A stretch of DNA of 64,000 nt from Mobula hypostoma (Eukaryota): assembly GCF_963921235.1 (NCBI RefSeq), contig NC_086097.1, positions 14,632,001-14,696,000 on the forward strand. Reading direction: 5' to 3'. This document shows positions 1 to 10,880 of the stretch, one piece after another. A model generated the notes under the pieces. The model worked only from the letters and a program-made list of their open reading frames with translations. It did not search any database and was not told the DNA's origin. The position numbers and the translations under genes were made by a program. How positions within the stretch are numbered: the stretch's first letter is position 1; each line of letters begins with the position of its first letter.

Positions 1-414
1 CTTAACATTATAGTCAGCAGGGTCAATACCTCCCAGACACTTTCTGGAGCAACAGTGTGGAATCATAACTAAAACAGTAATGCTTATAATAAAAGCACAC
101 AAAGGTATCGGGAGGGCAGGTTGCCCAATTTGTGGAGAAAATGCGTGCGTGTGCGCGCAAGCTAGGATGTGTACGTAGAGGTGTCGTGTGCTACACACAG
201 TAACGATGGGAGAGTCCCAGAGCAGTTTGTGCACAGGTGCTTTTTAACCTCTACCACCCCTCCATGTTATATCGAGAGTGGATCACTCACAAGGTGGTAG
301 TTTGAAGAAAACCTTAGGGAAACTTTTAACCAAACTCTGACTTGATCTCTCAACAGTGACGTGGTATTGTTGTGGCTGCACTCACATCACAGAGTACAAC
401 AGCACGCATGCGCG

Positions 415-420
415 CACACA

Positions 421-460
<40 letters not shown>

Positions 461-484
461 CACACGCACGCTCACACACACACA
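415..484. repeat. (CA)n microsatellite in intron 2
   Basis: Seen directly. Confidence 0.95.
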
Positions 485-534
485 TAAGGAAAGAGGCCAA
501 TTATCAGCTCACTGAGGGGTATTTGACACACTAC

Positions 535-873
535 CTCCTGCAAGGTTTTCCTGCTTGGGGCAAATTCCTTTCGTGGGCGTTAGCAGCCGGTCATCTTCCT
601 CTGGGGTGACTTGGATGCCAATCTCGACGGGTTCAGACACCCTCCTGGGCTCCGGGTGAGGAGGCGAGGGACTGCGTTTATCCACTGCCTTGTCAAAGCA
701 GCCGGCCGCCGCGCTGCACTGCTTCCTCTTGTGCTCGATGAAGATGAGGATGTCGGCCAGCGGGAAGTGAGCCTGGCACTGGCCGCAGGTCAGCAGGTCG
801 TGGTCTCCGCCAGCGGGGCCTGCCATGGACGCATCCTCCTCGTCTGTGCTTGCTGCCTCCACATGGTTAGCCT
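535..873 (-). CDS. bcl11b: BCL11-family transcription factor, coding exon 2 (C2HC zinc finger ZnF0)
   Basis: Translation ANHVEAA...[31 protein letters not shown]...[36 protein letters not shown] matches BCL11 exon 2. Acceptor cag at 876-874 and donor G|gtagtg at 534; 339 nt, phase 1-1. Family is certain; paralogue (B rather than A) is about 0.7. Confidence 0.93.
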
Positions 874-3800
874 CTGTTTCGTGTGGGACCAGACAGAGAG
901 AATGGGGAAGAAAGGAGAGCCATCTTTTAGATAAAGTCACCTCACAACTCGGCCCATTAACATAATAGGAAAACATAAAACCCAATGATATAACCCATAA
1001 TTATTATAAATAATTATAATATTCACACATGTTGCATACTATACTGTTAATGTAGTTTGTGTATCTCTCTTCATTTATGAAAGAATGCAATTCTATTAAA
1101 CAATAAATTTATTTGAATGTCACAAGCAGATTATATTTCTGCCTGTGCAGATGAGGCATAGCAATTTTGAATCTATGTGGGGAAAACTATTCTAATGTAA
1201 CATATGTTTATATAGATATAACCCAGACTTAATAAAGAATTTTTACTAGTGTGTATCACTATGAATGTGTAATATAAAGAAAATATGCTTTATGCATTTG
1301 CATAGATAAATTATTTTCGATTACGCCAAAAAATTGGCACAACCACCACATCAGCTGCTGATACATCCCAGCCAAACAGAAGATTTAAAAATATATGTAT
1401 TTTATTTGAAATCCTGCGGGACTGCTAGGCTGGGAGAGGCACAAGGCAGGAGGCGTCCCCTTTTCCTTGCCTTTATCTGCACTTTACAGTCGGCAATCTG
1501 AGTGAAGGGTTGTGCAGATATTTTTCTTATTGCTGGATGATCTATGCTTCAGCGGAAATCCGCCACAAACAAAGCCTGAAGTGCAAAGGCCTGATCTCGA
1601 ACAATGTCGCTGAATAATCATAAATCTGGATAATATGCCGCCCCAGCTTCCTGCCTAATTCAGTGTCATTTTATGCCCCAATTTGGGTTCACTCCTCTTG
1701 TTTGTTAATTTACACAGCCCGTGATGATTGGCTGGGCAATTATTCTTTGGGAGGGGAAGCAGGTAGGAGGGGGAGGTCAGGCATGTACATCACTACCCTC
1801 CCCAATTTGCTTCAGGACTATGTGTAGATTCACAGACAGCCAACAGGCTGTAACTCCTCAAGTGCAGAGGAGGGGACGGCTGCCGAAATATCGATCCAGT
1901 CTAAGATTCTCTCAATTCCACATAAGAGGGCAAAGGATGCCATTTTTAACAGGGAAAGCGTCACAAGTGCTGGCGTGCAAGACCCTTTCGTGGAACTGCT
2001 TCTACTTCCTAACCATCAGCAGGTTTTAATAATAAATAATTTTATTAGGTTGTGTTTGTGACAAAATATGTACAAGCACGTTCCTACATGAACAGGGTAC
2101 AACAGGGGTGTGGGGGGGGGGATGGGAGGAGCAGAAAAGAGAGAGTGAGAACGATAGGGAGAAATGGAGGAAAAGCGCGAGATTGGGAAACAAAAGCATG
2201 ACGAGGAATATTCTGATTCATCTGCCTCCCCAGCCACTGTAGCGACAAGAGTATAACGTTGTACTGCTCTGCACAGACACTCCCTCAAAGTTCAACAACT
2301 TGCGCTGTCACCGAATTACAGGAAGCCTCATTATTTTACGGGTACAATTTCGTTTCTCCGTCACTTGAAAGGACTTAAACAGATCTTTCAAGGCTTATTA
2401 ATCGGCACCAAAAGCCTCCAACAGAACGGCAGCTACAAACAGATTTGTGAGACCCGAGAAGTCGTATTTATTTTCTGCTAAATAACACGTCTGTGTGTGT
2501 GTGGGGGGGGGAAGCCTTTGTATAAATCTAGGCCAGTGACATATATTTTACATATGCACACTACAACGCACAGTAGTGACACCAGCTCAATAAAAATATT
2601 CTGCATTTCATACGCAAAATAAAATCTATGATATTTAATATCAGAAGACTCAAAAAAATGGCAAATATACTCTTGGTGGCTGTTCCATCATTAATCAATT
2701 CCCACATCTGCTGTCACTTTTGGAAGAAAATGATGATATTCATCTAACCTACTCATTGACGTGTATACAACTGCTGAAGTGTATCCTCTCTGCATTAATT
2801 TATTTCTAAATAACTTGCTTAAGGCACTTTTTGTTATATTCTGGGTTTTATAAGCACGAAAACCAGTGACGGAAGGCTGAGATGTGGAAGGGCACCCTGA
2901 TTGCTCCCTACTCATCGCTGGCCTGGGATCTGATCCTCTCTGGAGCCAGCCAAACAAGAACACAATCCCTTCCTGCCTTAATTCCTCACCAGCGCTGAAG
3001 AGAAATTCACATTTTTACCACCGTCAAAAGATTTCTCCCTCGCACAGATAATGTACAATTAAAAACAAAACCACATCAGTGAAGCAACACAAAGTATCTC
3101 TGTAAATACGACAAATATTTCTCTGCCCACCACACACAGAGATCTTTTTTTCAAACAGAATGACAGTTACACTCTTCCATATTCATTATCAGGTGCTGAA
3201 AACCTTTGAAATTAATTCAAATAAGAATAAAAACAATACCAACATATTTCTTGGGAACGTTTCAATCCATTATTTTAATTATAACCTCTGTCTGGAATGA
3301 GCCAAGTTCCTCTGAAGAGAGTGTTTTGGTTTAACAGAACTAGCATTATGTTTCAGAGGTTGCTGCTGTATGCTAACAGCAGGCAAAATGCAAAAACAGG
3401 TAGTCTTTTTCTGAATAAAAATATGAAAAGAGTATGTTGCATTGAAAATAAATCCAACGACGGAGTGTAGTATAGATGTAGAGGGTGCATTATTTATGTC
3501 TGATGGTAAGACAGGTAACAGCCCTGGTCAATGGATCAGAAGGAGCTTTAACACAGTGATGAGTTGACTTGGAGCGCCCCTTAGCGGTAGCCGCGCATCG
3601 CTGCCGATCCCCAGCGCGGGACACGCGCTTTAAGTTAGAGCCCTGGACAAAGTTTAATAGATAGAATTGCAACTGTCTAAAACCCGACCTAAGATCGAAA
3701 ATCTTGATCATCCTGTTCTGTTTAGGATTTGTTTCGGCAAAAAAAAGGGATGCATCATAAATTGTGGGCGAAGGCCCCCGATTGTTGTTATTTTTAAAAA

Positions 3801-5909
3801 TGGAAATTTTAGACTTGCTAACGCGCACACTCTGTGCCCCAACCCCCCAGCTCTTTATGCAAAAACAAAGACAGGCAGGAGTCCAGCTCAGACCTGGTGC
3901 AAGCCCAAGTTCAATGTCTAATGCTCCATCTCCGCAGCCGTTCAGTAACCTTCCCCGCCAGACCGCGCGCAGGATGCTTTCACGTTGTATTCATTAAAAA
4001 AAACGTTTCTATTGCAAAGTATAAACTCGTGCAAAAAACGCACACCTTGCACACTGGAACCCGTATTTAAAATATTTCCAATTCTTCAACACCCCCCCCC
4101 AACCCCACCCTCCCCGAAGCACACACACTGCACTCAGAGTCTCCGACAAAGCGGCAGGGTGAAAAGGGAAAGATTCAATCGGTAAAGCACCCTTTGCACT
4201 GCACTCCGCACGAATCACAGTGCTCGGGGTCCGCGGTGCTCAGAAGCACCGATGCAAGTTGCAGGTCGCGAATACACTAAGCAAATGGGCTCAAACTACA
4301 GCGGCGGGGTACTGCAAATCTCTGTCACGGGCGAAAGGTATTGGAAAAGGAGGGAGAGCGCCAGATTCCTTCTGGTATTCCCGAGCTCGGCATTGACAAC
4401 GAGGGAAGAGCAAGTTTGGGCGGGGGGGGGGGAGGGGGGTAGAGAAATAGCTAATCCCACAAATGTGCATTTAAATAAATGAAACTTAGAGCGGGGAAAA
4501 CGTGGCTTCCGATTTCCAAATCGTTTATTTATCGCTGAAATGCATTCGCTGAATAGGGCCGGAATCGTTTTCGAGGGACAAATTCCTAATTTTCCTCTCT
4601 ATCTCCCCCTCCCCAGCAAAACATCGCGCTGTCAAAAGAAAATTAAGAATTGCAAAGCCTCAGACTCGTCTACCTTTACAGCGAGTTACTGAGCTCTCAA
4701 ATAAGAAGTCTGCGCTTTATAACAGCATAAAGACGGAAGCGTACAGCAAGAGCGACTATTCTATATTCTTTTAGTGAAAAATGCACACAATAAATAGCAG
4801 AACGTCTTGGATTTATCCCCTATTTAAACAGTGCTTCCATTCAAGCATTTTTAATATCTACAAACAAGAAACATTCTCCAATCGTATCTAAATACATTTA
4901 CCTTTATCCAGTTTGCAAAAAAAATGCAACCGATCCTCAACAAAAAAATAAATGAGATTCCAACCTCAGCACGGAGACGCATACAACCAGCAGCAAAAAT
5001 AAGAAACATTTTTGGTTGGAAAGAAGAAATGCAATCGCAATTATTTTTGGGAGAGGAAAATCATAATCTCCAGAATTTCAGGCTAACAATAAGAAACAGA
5101 TCGCTTGTTTGGAGGGGTTACCTCGCCGGCTGCCTCCGCAGCGAAGTGGATTTATGCTATTTCTTTTTCGGGGAGGGAGAAGAATATATTTATTTAAATT
5201 TTAGCAGAATAAAAATCATAAATATTCCGACTTTCTCCTTATTTGGCCACGTTTCGAACGTTGCGATCGCCGCGTTCCATCCACTGTCTCGCGCTGGGCA
5301 GCCCCGCTCACGCGCCACTTGCAAGTTTTCAAACATTTTCTTTTTTTTTAAAACACCCTCCCAAAAAAAAAGCTACAAAAATAAACAGTACAACGGAAAA
5401 GCGGGCACCCGCACAACGATCCATGCAAAAAGGATAGCTCCAACTCTCAATTGCACAAACTTTTTTTTTGGAGGGGGTTGTTTTCAGCAAAATTACAAAT
5501 TATAAAAACACGGGGGAGAAGGAAAAATTGTAACTAAAAACAAAAATTGCAAAGCGACATCCAGTTGCTACACACAAAGATCCGCATACAAAGCTCCGAA
5601 GGCATAAAAAGATTACATATTTCTAAAAAATCTTTCTGAAATATATTAAAGCGCAATTAATTTCCTTCAAATCGATTTAAAAACTAACTCTGCAGAATTA
5701 AAACTCTGAATGTTTTGTTGTCATCCTGACTATTAGAGGCAAAGTGTGCAACTGCACCTTAAATTTCCCTTTAAAAGAAAAGCAACCCCAAATAACAATA
5801 TCTACAGGCTGAAATATTATTTAAATATATGCATATTATTAAAATAAATCTATTTTATTTTGCAATGAGGTAGATTTCTTTCGTCTATGTGGGGTTTTTT
5901 GTTACTTAC
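874..5909 (-). other. Intron 1 of BCL11 gene (5036 nt, GT-AG, phase 1)
   Basis: Donor C|gtaagt at 5909, acceptor acag| at 874. Joining gives in-frame ...REFS-Q-ANHV... Confidence 0.88.
3572..3588 (-). promoter_or_regulatory. Candidate CTCF site in intron 1
   Basis: Minus strand ACCGCTAAGGGGCGCTC is close to the CTCF consensus CCGCNAGGGGGCGCT. Confidence 0.35.
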
Positions 5910-5964
5910 GCGAAAATTCCCTTTTACTTAAATGCTGAGGGTTGCCTTGCTTGCGGCGAGACAT
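5910..5964 (-). CDS. bcl11b: BCL11-family coding exon 1 (MSRRKQGNPQHLSKREFS; NuRD/RBBP4-binding N-terminal motif)
   Basis: Minus strand reads ATG TCT CGC CGC AAG CAA GGC AAC CCT CAG CAT TTA AGT AAA AGG GAA TTT TCG C|gtaagt; 55 nt. Too short for the ORF track. Confidence 0.95.
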
Positions 5965-5970
5965 AGTCGG

Positions 5971-6018
5971 TCACATCTGGAGCGGAAAGACGGCGACTCC
6001 AGAGAAAAATATCTTCAT
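5971..6018 (-). other. Upstream ORF MKIFFSGVAVFPLQM* ending in an ATG-TGA start-stop
   Basis: Read directly. In frame with the main ATG, stop 6 nt before it. Confidence 0.65.
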
Positions 6019-6055
6019 CACAGCCCCTGACAGAAAATAAATTGGAAATAATGCA

Positions 6056-6065
6056 AAGATGGCGG
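6056..6065 (+). promoter_or_regulatory. YY1 consensus site (AAGATGGCGG) in 5'UTR
   Basis: Exact match to the YY1 core within a conserved-looking UTR block. Confidence 0.5.
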
Positions 6066-6092
6066 ATGGAGATGGATTGTGGGATAGCCGTC

Positions 6093-6096
<4 letters not shown>

Positions 6097-6147
<51 letters not shown>

Positions 6148-6237
6148 GAGAGAGTGAGAGAGAGAGTGAGAGAGAGGGAGAGAGGGAGGGAGGGAGCTGC
6201 TACCACACACACATTACACACACATACACATTACAGC

Positions 6238-6297
<60 letters not shown>
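6097..6297. repeat. (GA)n and (CA)n microsatellites inside the 5'UTR
   Basis: (GA)n at ~6097-6190, (CA)n at ~6243-6297. Confidence 0.95.
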
Positions 6298-6298
<1 letters not shown>

Positions 6299-6451
6299 TC
6301 AAGTTCAAGTGCGGACGTGACGCGCCCGCGAACTTGAACGTCAAGGCGGTGAATTGGCCGCCAGCTCAATGAGGGCTACTACTGGCAGAGGCATCACACT
6401 GTAGACAGCGAGCCTCTCATTCACTCACTCACTCAATCGTCTCTCTCTCCA

Positions 6452-6489
<38 letters not shown>

Positions 6490-6663
6490 TCCATCTCTCT
6501 CTCCCACACACACACACAGACACTCTCTCTCTTTCTCACACACACACAAAATCTTTCTCCTTCTCACATACAATCTCCCACACACATTAACACACAGTCT
6601 CTCTCTTTCTCTCTCTCTCTCTCACGCACACACGCTCTCCCTCTCTCTCTCACTCACACTCAC

Positions 6664-6735
<72 letters not shown>

Positions 6736-6960
6736 TCGCTCACTCGCTCTCGCACAACAAACACAGGCGGGACCTGATGCAAAGATATGTTTGCATCAAC
6801 ACTCTTTGTATTTCAAAACATTCATTTTTGGAAAGGGAGGGGGAGATGTGGAATAAATGCCTTATTTTTATTTTGCGTTTACTGGAAACTTTGTTGCAAG
6901 CTCCATTAAGAAAATGGGTTTCGGGTCTGACCACAAACACCGCTTTCAATTGACTGCTAA
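6298..6960 (-). promoter_or_regulatory. Core/proximal promoter region of BCL11 gene
   Basis: CpG-rich block with CRE-like TGACGT half-sites, a CCAAT on the minus strand at 6353-6357, long (CT)n tracts and an inverted repeat at 6775-6798. Confidence 0.6.
6440..6745. repeat. Compound (CT)n/(CA)n microsatellite upstream of TSS
   Basis: Seen directly. Confidence 0.95.
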
Positions 6961-8412
6961 CTTTACATTAATCGCCGTTGTATTCTGAAAGTTAAGGTGG
7001 ACTCTCTCGCCCCAGCGGCGTGCGAGGCGAATGCCGTCTAATAATTCTTCCTGTGTTTTATTTTTTTTAATAGTCTATTTCTATTAGGTGTGACTACTTA
7101 AAGAGCGGCGGGGGTGGGGGAATGCTGGAAGGTATTCATCCATCTGCTATTCTGAACACACGCACACACGGGTTAACCTGAGAAGCTACTTATTGCGATG
7201 TTCCCAGTCTCTTAAGGAGACGCAATTGCACCGTTTACTACTGGCGACGGAGCGTATTGTACTGACACTGACTCACGCGTTATGAATGCATTCGGGCTGA
7301 TCTGAGTATTGTAGAGTTGGCAGCAACTGCTTATTTCAATGTTTGACGTATCTTGTTATTACCCGTCTTAAGAAATAAGCCACATATAACATGGGGGCAC
7401 TTCGACATCTTCCTGCCCCTGTGACATTGAATCCCTGTTCATCCCTTTGGAATGGGCACAGATGAAATATCAACCACTTACTGAAATCTCTGTTTTTTTT
7501 AAGTGCAATCCACCCCCCCCCCCAGCGAAATGTTATTCTTAAGGAGCATAAGGCAAGTAGTGAGAGCATTCGTTCAGCCGCGATCAAGCCTTGCGCATAA
7601 TTCCGCCCCAAAGCGGCGCGGGAACTGTGATCAGATTCCAATGTATTTATTTTTCTGTGAAAGAGTTTTATTTTTTCAGTTCACAGAAATGACAGCAAGA
7701 GATGATCTGCCTTTGGTTCAGACAGTCTTTATGAATTAACACGAACCATATCCAGGCGTGTATTCAGCAGAGAGGAGGAGAGGGGAAAAAAAACACCGCA
7801 CACGTTATCAATTATGGTGGGGAGGGGAAATGATGTTTAGGCAGAAGATGGAAGGTCTCATCGCCTCTTCCTCGCCGGGCACCGCCGTGATAAGTAGCAA
7901 AAGAAAACACAACCCCCTGACTGACAATTGACACAATATACTTTCGGTATGCAAAGCCCCACACTCGTCAGTATTGATCAGTATTATCTATAGATAACCC
8001 CCACTCGCATTTTGGATCTCAACTTCCCTTTGAAATAAAATCGCGAACCTTTCATTATTTTTTAAAAATAAAATAATATTTAACTCGCTTCTATTTACAG
8101 GAGGAGGGCACCCTGCAAAACTTAATGATTTTATTTCGGAAGAAGTTCGAGTTTTTTTTAAAGACCAGTAAATATTTTAATAGCGAGGGACTCACCGGCA
8201 CGCATCGTACGCTGCGTTGCCGGTGAAGTGTATTTCGTTAGCAGAGGTGAGAATGATTAACACCAGAACATATTTGTTAGATTATTACATAAGTATAATC
8301 TCTCTCACACAAATCAATCCCCAATCAGGAGCTGCTGATCTGCTCATACCTGGCATAGCAACGTTCTGCATTCATCTGCCGGACTAAATGATTTTAAATG
8401 AAAGAGTTCCGT

Positions 8413-8422
8413 CACACACACA

Positions 8423-8475
<53 letters not shown>

Positions 8476-8489
8476 GTGTGTGTGTGTGT
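8413..8489. repeat. (CA)n-CG-(TG)n microsatellite
   Basis: cacacacacacacgtgtgtgtg...; self-complementary at the junction. Confidence 0.9.
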
Positions 8490-9420
8490 AATGATATCAT
8501 TTAACTTTACTACGTTTCATGTGTAGCCGTTGACAGCATTATTTAGAGGAACCAAAAAAAGCGGAAGCAATTTAATTGTAAGGTATTTAAATGGCACATA
8601 AATATAAGTAATAGCTGTCTCCTCACTTCCAGCCAATATATTTGTTGTTATCAGTCCCTCACTCCTTCAAGCCAATTGCAAATTATAGAAAGTAGCTTGC
8701 TTAAGGTAAGGTCACTGCTTCTCCCCCACCCCACCCCCCATAACACTGGTACCACACAGCATCCCCTGTGTAAGCTTCTGCAGGAGCAGGGATTGAAGCC
8801 GAGCTCGACGAGGGAGTTGGGATGGACGAGGTAAGGTATTCCTCACCACCAGCCCTGCGTGCTGACTGACCCACCGGACAACTGGTGTCTGAGTTTTTGC
8901 CCAAATGCAAGAGCTGGACTCCTTGTTCGGCTGGTTAAGGGAAAGTGTCCAAGTCAAGTGTTCTTGTTTGTTAAGAAGAAGTTCATGGAGGGGAATCTCA
9001 CCCCCACTCCCTTCCTAGTTAGCCAGACTGCATCTCCTCTTCAGCAGAAGCCGGGGGGACCGATGCTGCTGAAGACGGAGTGGGATATAGCAGAATATGA
9101 CTAGCAGCTCTCCCACTGAAGGTATGATCCCCTGACCTGAGACAGTCAACGCCCTTTCCAAACAAGTGACCACCCCATCACCATTGTTTTCTTACGAAAC
9201 ATTCAAAGATGTTAAAACGGGCACAGGGTTTAATTTTTGACGTCCCCCCAACACAGCGGGGGTTTCGAATTAGACTATAAAATTGGCCCAAGTTAGTTCC
9301 GACCAAAACTGCCTGCTGTTTATAACACTATTTCTCTGTCGGCCGCTCTCTTCCACGTTGTTTCAACTCTGCACTCGACCGTTCCAACACTTCGCTCCGC
9401 ACCCTCCTTACCCATCCACG

Positions 9421-9486
9421 GGGACCATCGCGCACTATGCCGAGCTCACACCTGGGACTATCCCAAGCTATGCCGAGCTCACACCT
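9421..9486. repeat. 33-bp tandem duplication
   Basis: gggaccatcgcgcactatgccgagctcacacct followed by gggactatcccaagctatgccgagctcacacct. Confidence 0.85.
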
Positions 9487-10519
9487 GAGGAGGGAACTTA
9501 AAGAAGAGCGGTAAATAAATAACAGCTTAATCAGACCCGCTAGACAGGAGTCCTGGGATTTTTGAATTAGTTACCAGGCTCCTCTCTTTTCAATAATATT
9601 TTCAAATACGTTCGTGTCTATGTGTGTGTGTGTTTAATATGTTTTTGTTTATTATAACTCTTATTTTGCCAATGACAGCGAATTTTATTTGCAATAAATT
9701 CTATCATACATTAAATTCAAAGCAGCACAGATCTGTGTTCTGCCTTAGCAGCAGCAAGTGAATCTGTTAAAATGGGAGTTGTAGCATAAATTAGTTGCAT
9801 TGTACTAAATGTGCGTTCCTTTTCCCACCTGCAATCAGAAAGGCGAAGAGGCTGGGGGCTGGGGGGGGGGGGAGCTGCGATTCCACACGCAGAAGCCGGT
9901 TACATGTAGCTCGGATGAGCTCTGATTCATCACATCTGCATTTTGTTGCAGTTGATTCTTTTCTTTTTTTCTGAGTAGGAAATATTCTCCTCGCTCCCCG
10001 CCCCCCCCATCCTATCCTATCTTTCCAACAATTAAATAGACTACTAAACCTGACAGGGAGACACACTGCGAGATGCCATGCATCTAACTTGTGCCCTGCA
10101 GAATTGGCAACAGCTGTTTAAGTTAGCATTGGGCTTGTCAGGTTTTAGAGCTGCGGCGTTTAACATATGCTGCGACTTCAGTGTTTGTTTCTTATTTTCT
10201 CTCTCTCTCTAGTTAAAGCAGGTTACCTCTAGCAGCGGAGTCCATTTTCGGTAATCCAGTTCAGATTAAAGGACGATGGACCAATGCGTGCCTTGCAAAT
10301 TGGCACATTAGCTATCGTCAGGTTTTCCTGCTATTTATTGCACGATTTCTCTGTCCGGCAGTCTCATCCGTACTTCTGACACCTCTGGACATGTCTGTTC
10401 TTTACCCTCACTATTTCTGTCCCCCCCCCACCCCATCCCCGTTGATCTGCAATAAAAGCGCGCTAACCCTCTCTCTTCCCTGTCATGCGTTTGCTAATTT
10501 GCATTGGGCAGTGTTAAGT

Positions 10520-10880
10520 CATGACAGAAGGTTCAGTTCCTATCCTTGTTCTCCACCATCCCCTTCAAATTACTTATAGAATATCAACAATTCCAGCTCT
10601 CTGACCCGATTTGCACTCCTTTAATTCTGGACTTCTCTCCGTCTCCAAATGTAGTCAATCCAACTTTAGCGACCGCATCTTCGGTGGCCAAGCGTCTAAT
10701 CACCGCAGATACCCTCCCGGACCCCATCCACCTCAGCTAAGGCACACTTAACAATTTTGACGAAGTTTTTGGCCACTTGGCTTCACATCTACTGACATGG
10801 TTCAGTGAAAAGAAGGATGGGTTGTAAGCGTCCCTGTAAAATAACTTACAGGCGTTGTACTTGTTACACTAAGGGCGCCA
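10520..10880 (+). mobile_element. Ancient, highly diverged L2-like LINE 3' end
   Basis: Colinear remnants tgcactcctttaattctggac..., ttttgacgaagtttttggccac and ccctgtaaaataac...ttacactaagggcgc resemble the elasmobranch L2 3' terminus as recalled. Confidence 0.5.

Larger units (their letters stand above)
5965..6365 (-). other. 5'UTR of BCL11 gene (TSS approximate)
   Basis: Blocks TGACGTTCAAGTTCGC..CGTCACGTCCGCACTTGAACTTG, a (CT)n tract, and TGACGGCTATCCCACAAT..CGCCATCTTTGCATTATTTCCAATTTATTTT..TGATGAAGATATTTTTCTCTGGAGTC resemble the human BCL11A 5'UTR as recalled. The TSS is inferred from that similarity. Confidence 0.7.

Noticed and set aside
1..534. BCL11A erythroid GATA1 enhancer
   Set aside because: That element lies tens of kb into mammalian intron 2; only 0.5 kb of the intron is in the window.
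874..985. N-terminal extension of ORF 509-985 (MGFMFSYY...)
   Set aside because: Intronic read-through upstream of the splice acceptor; the true start is at 5964.
4924..5505. 193-aa plus-strand ORF in intron 1
   Set aside because: Low-complexity A/T-run translation with no recognisable domain.
874..5909. A second, BCL11B-type first exon (MSRRKQGNPQHLSQRELIT)
   Set aside because: No matching sequence found by eye in intron 1 or upstream.
6018..6372. ORFs with HT, RE or SL repeats (also near 361, 11907, 15323, 36612)
   Set aside because: Translations of microsatellites.
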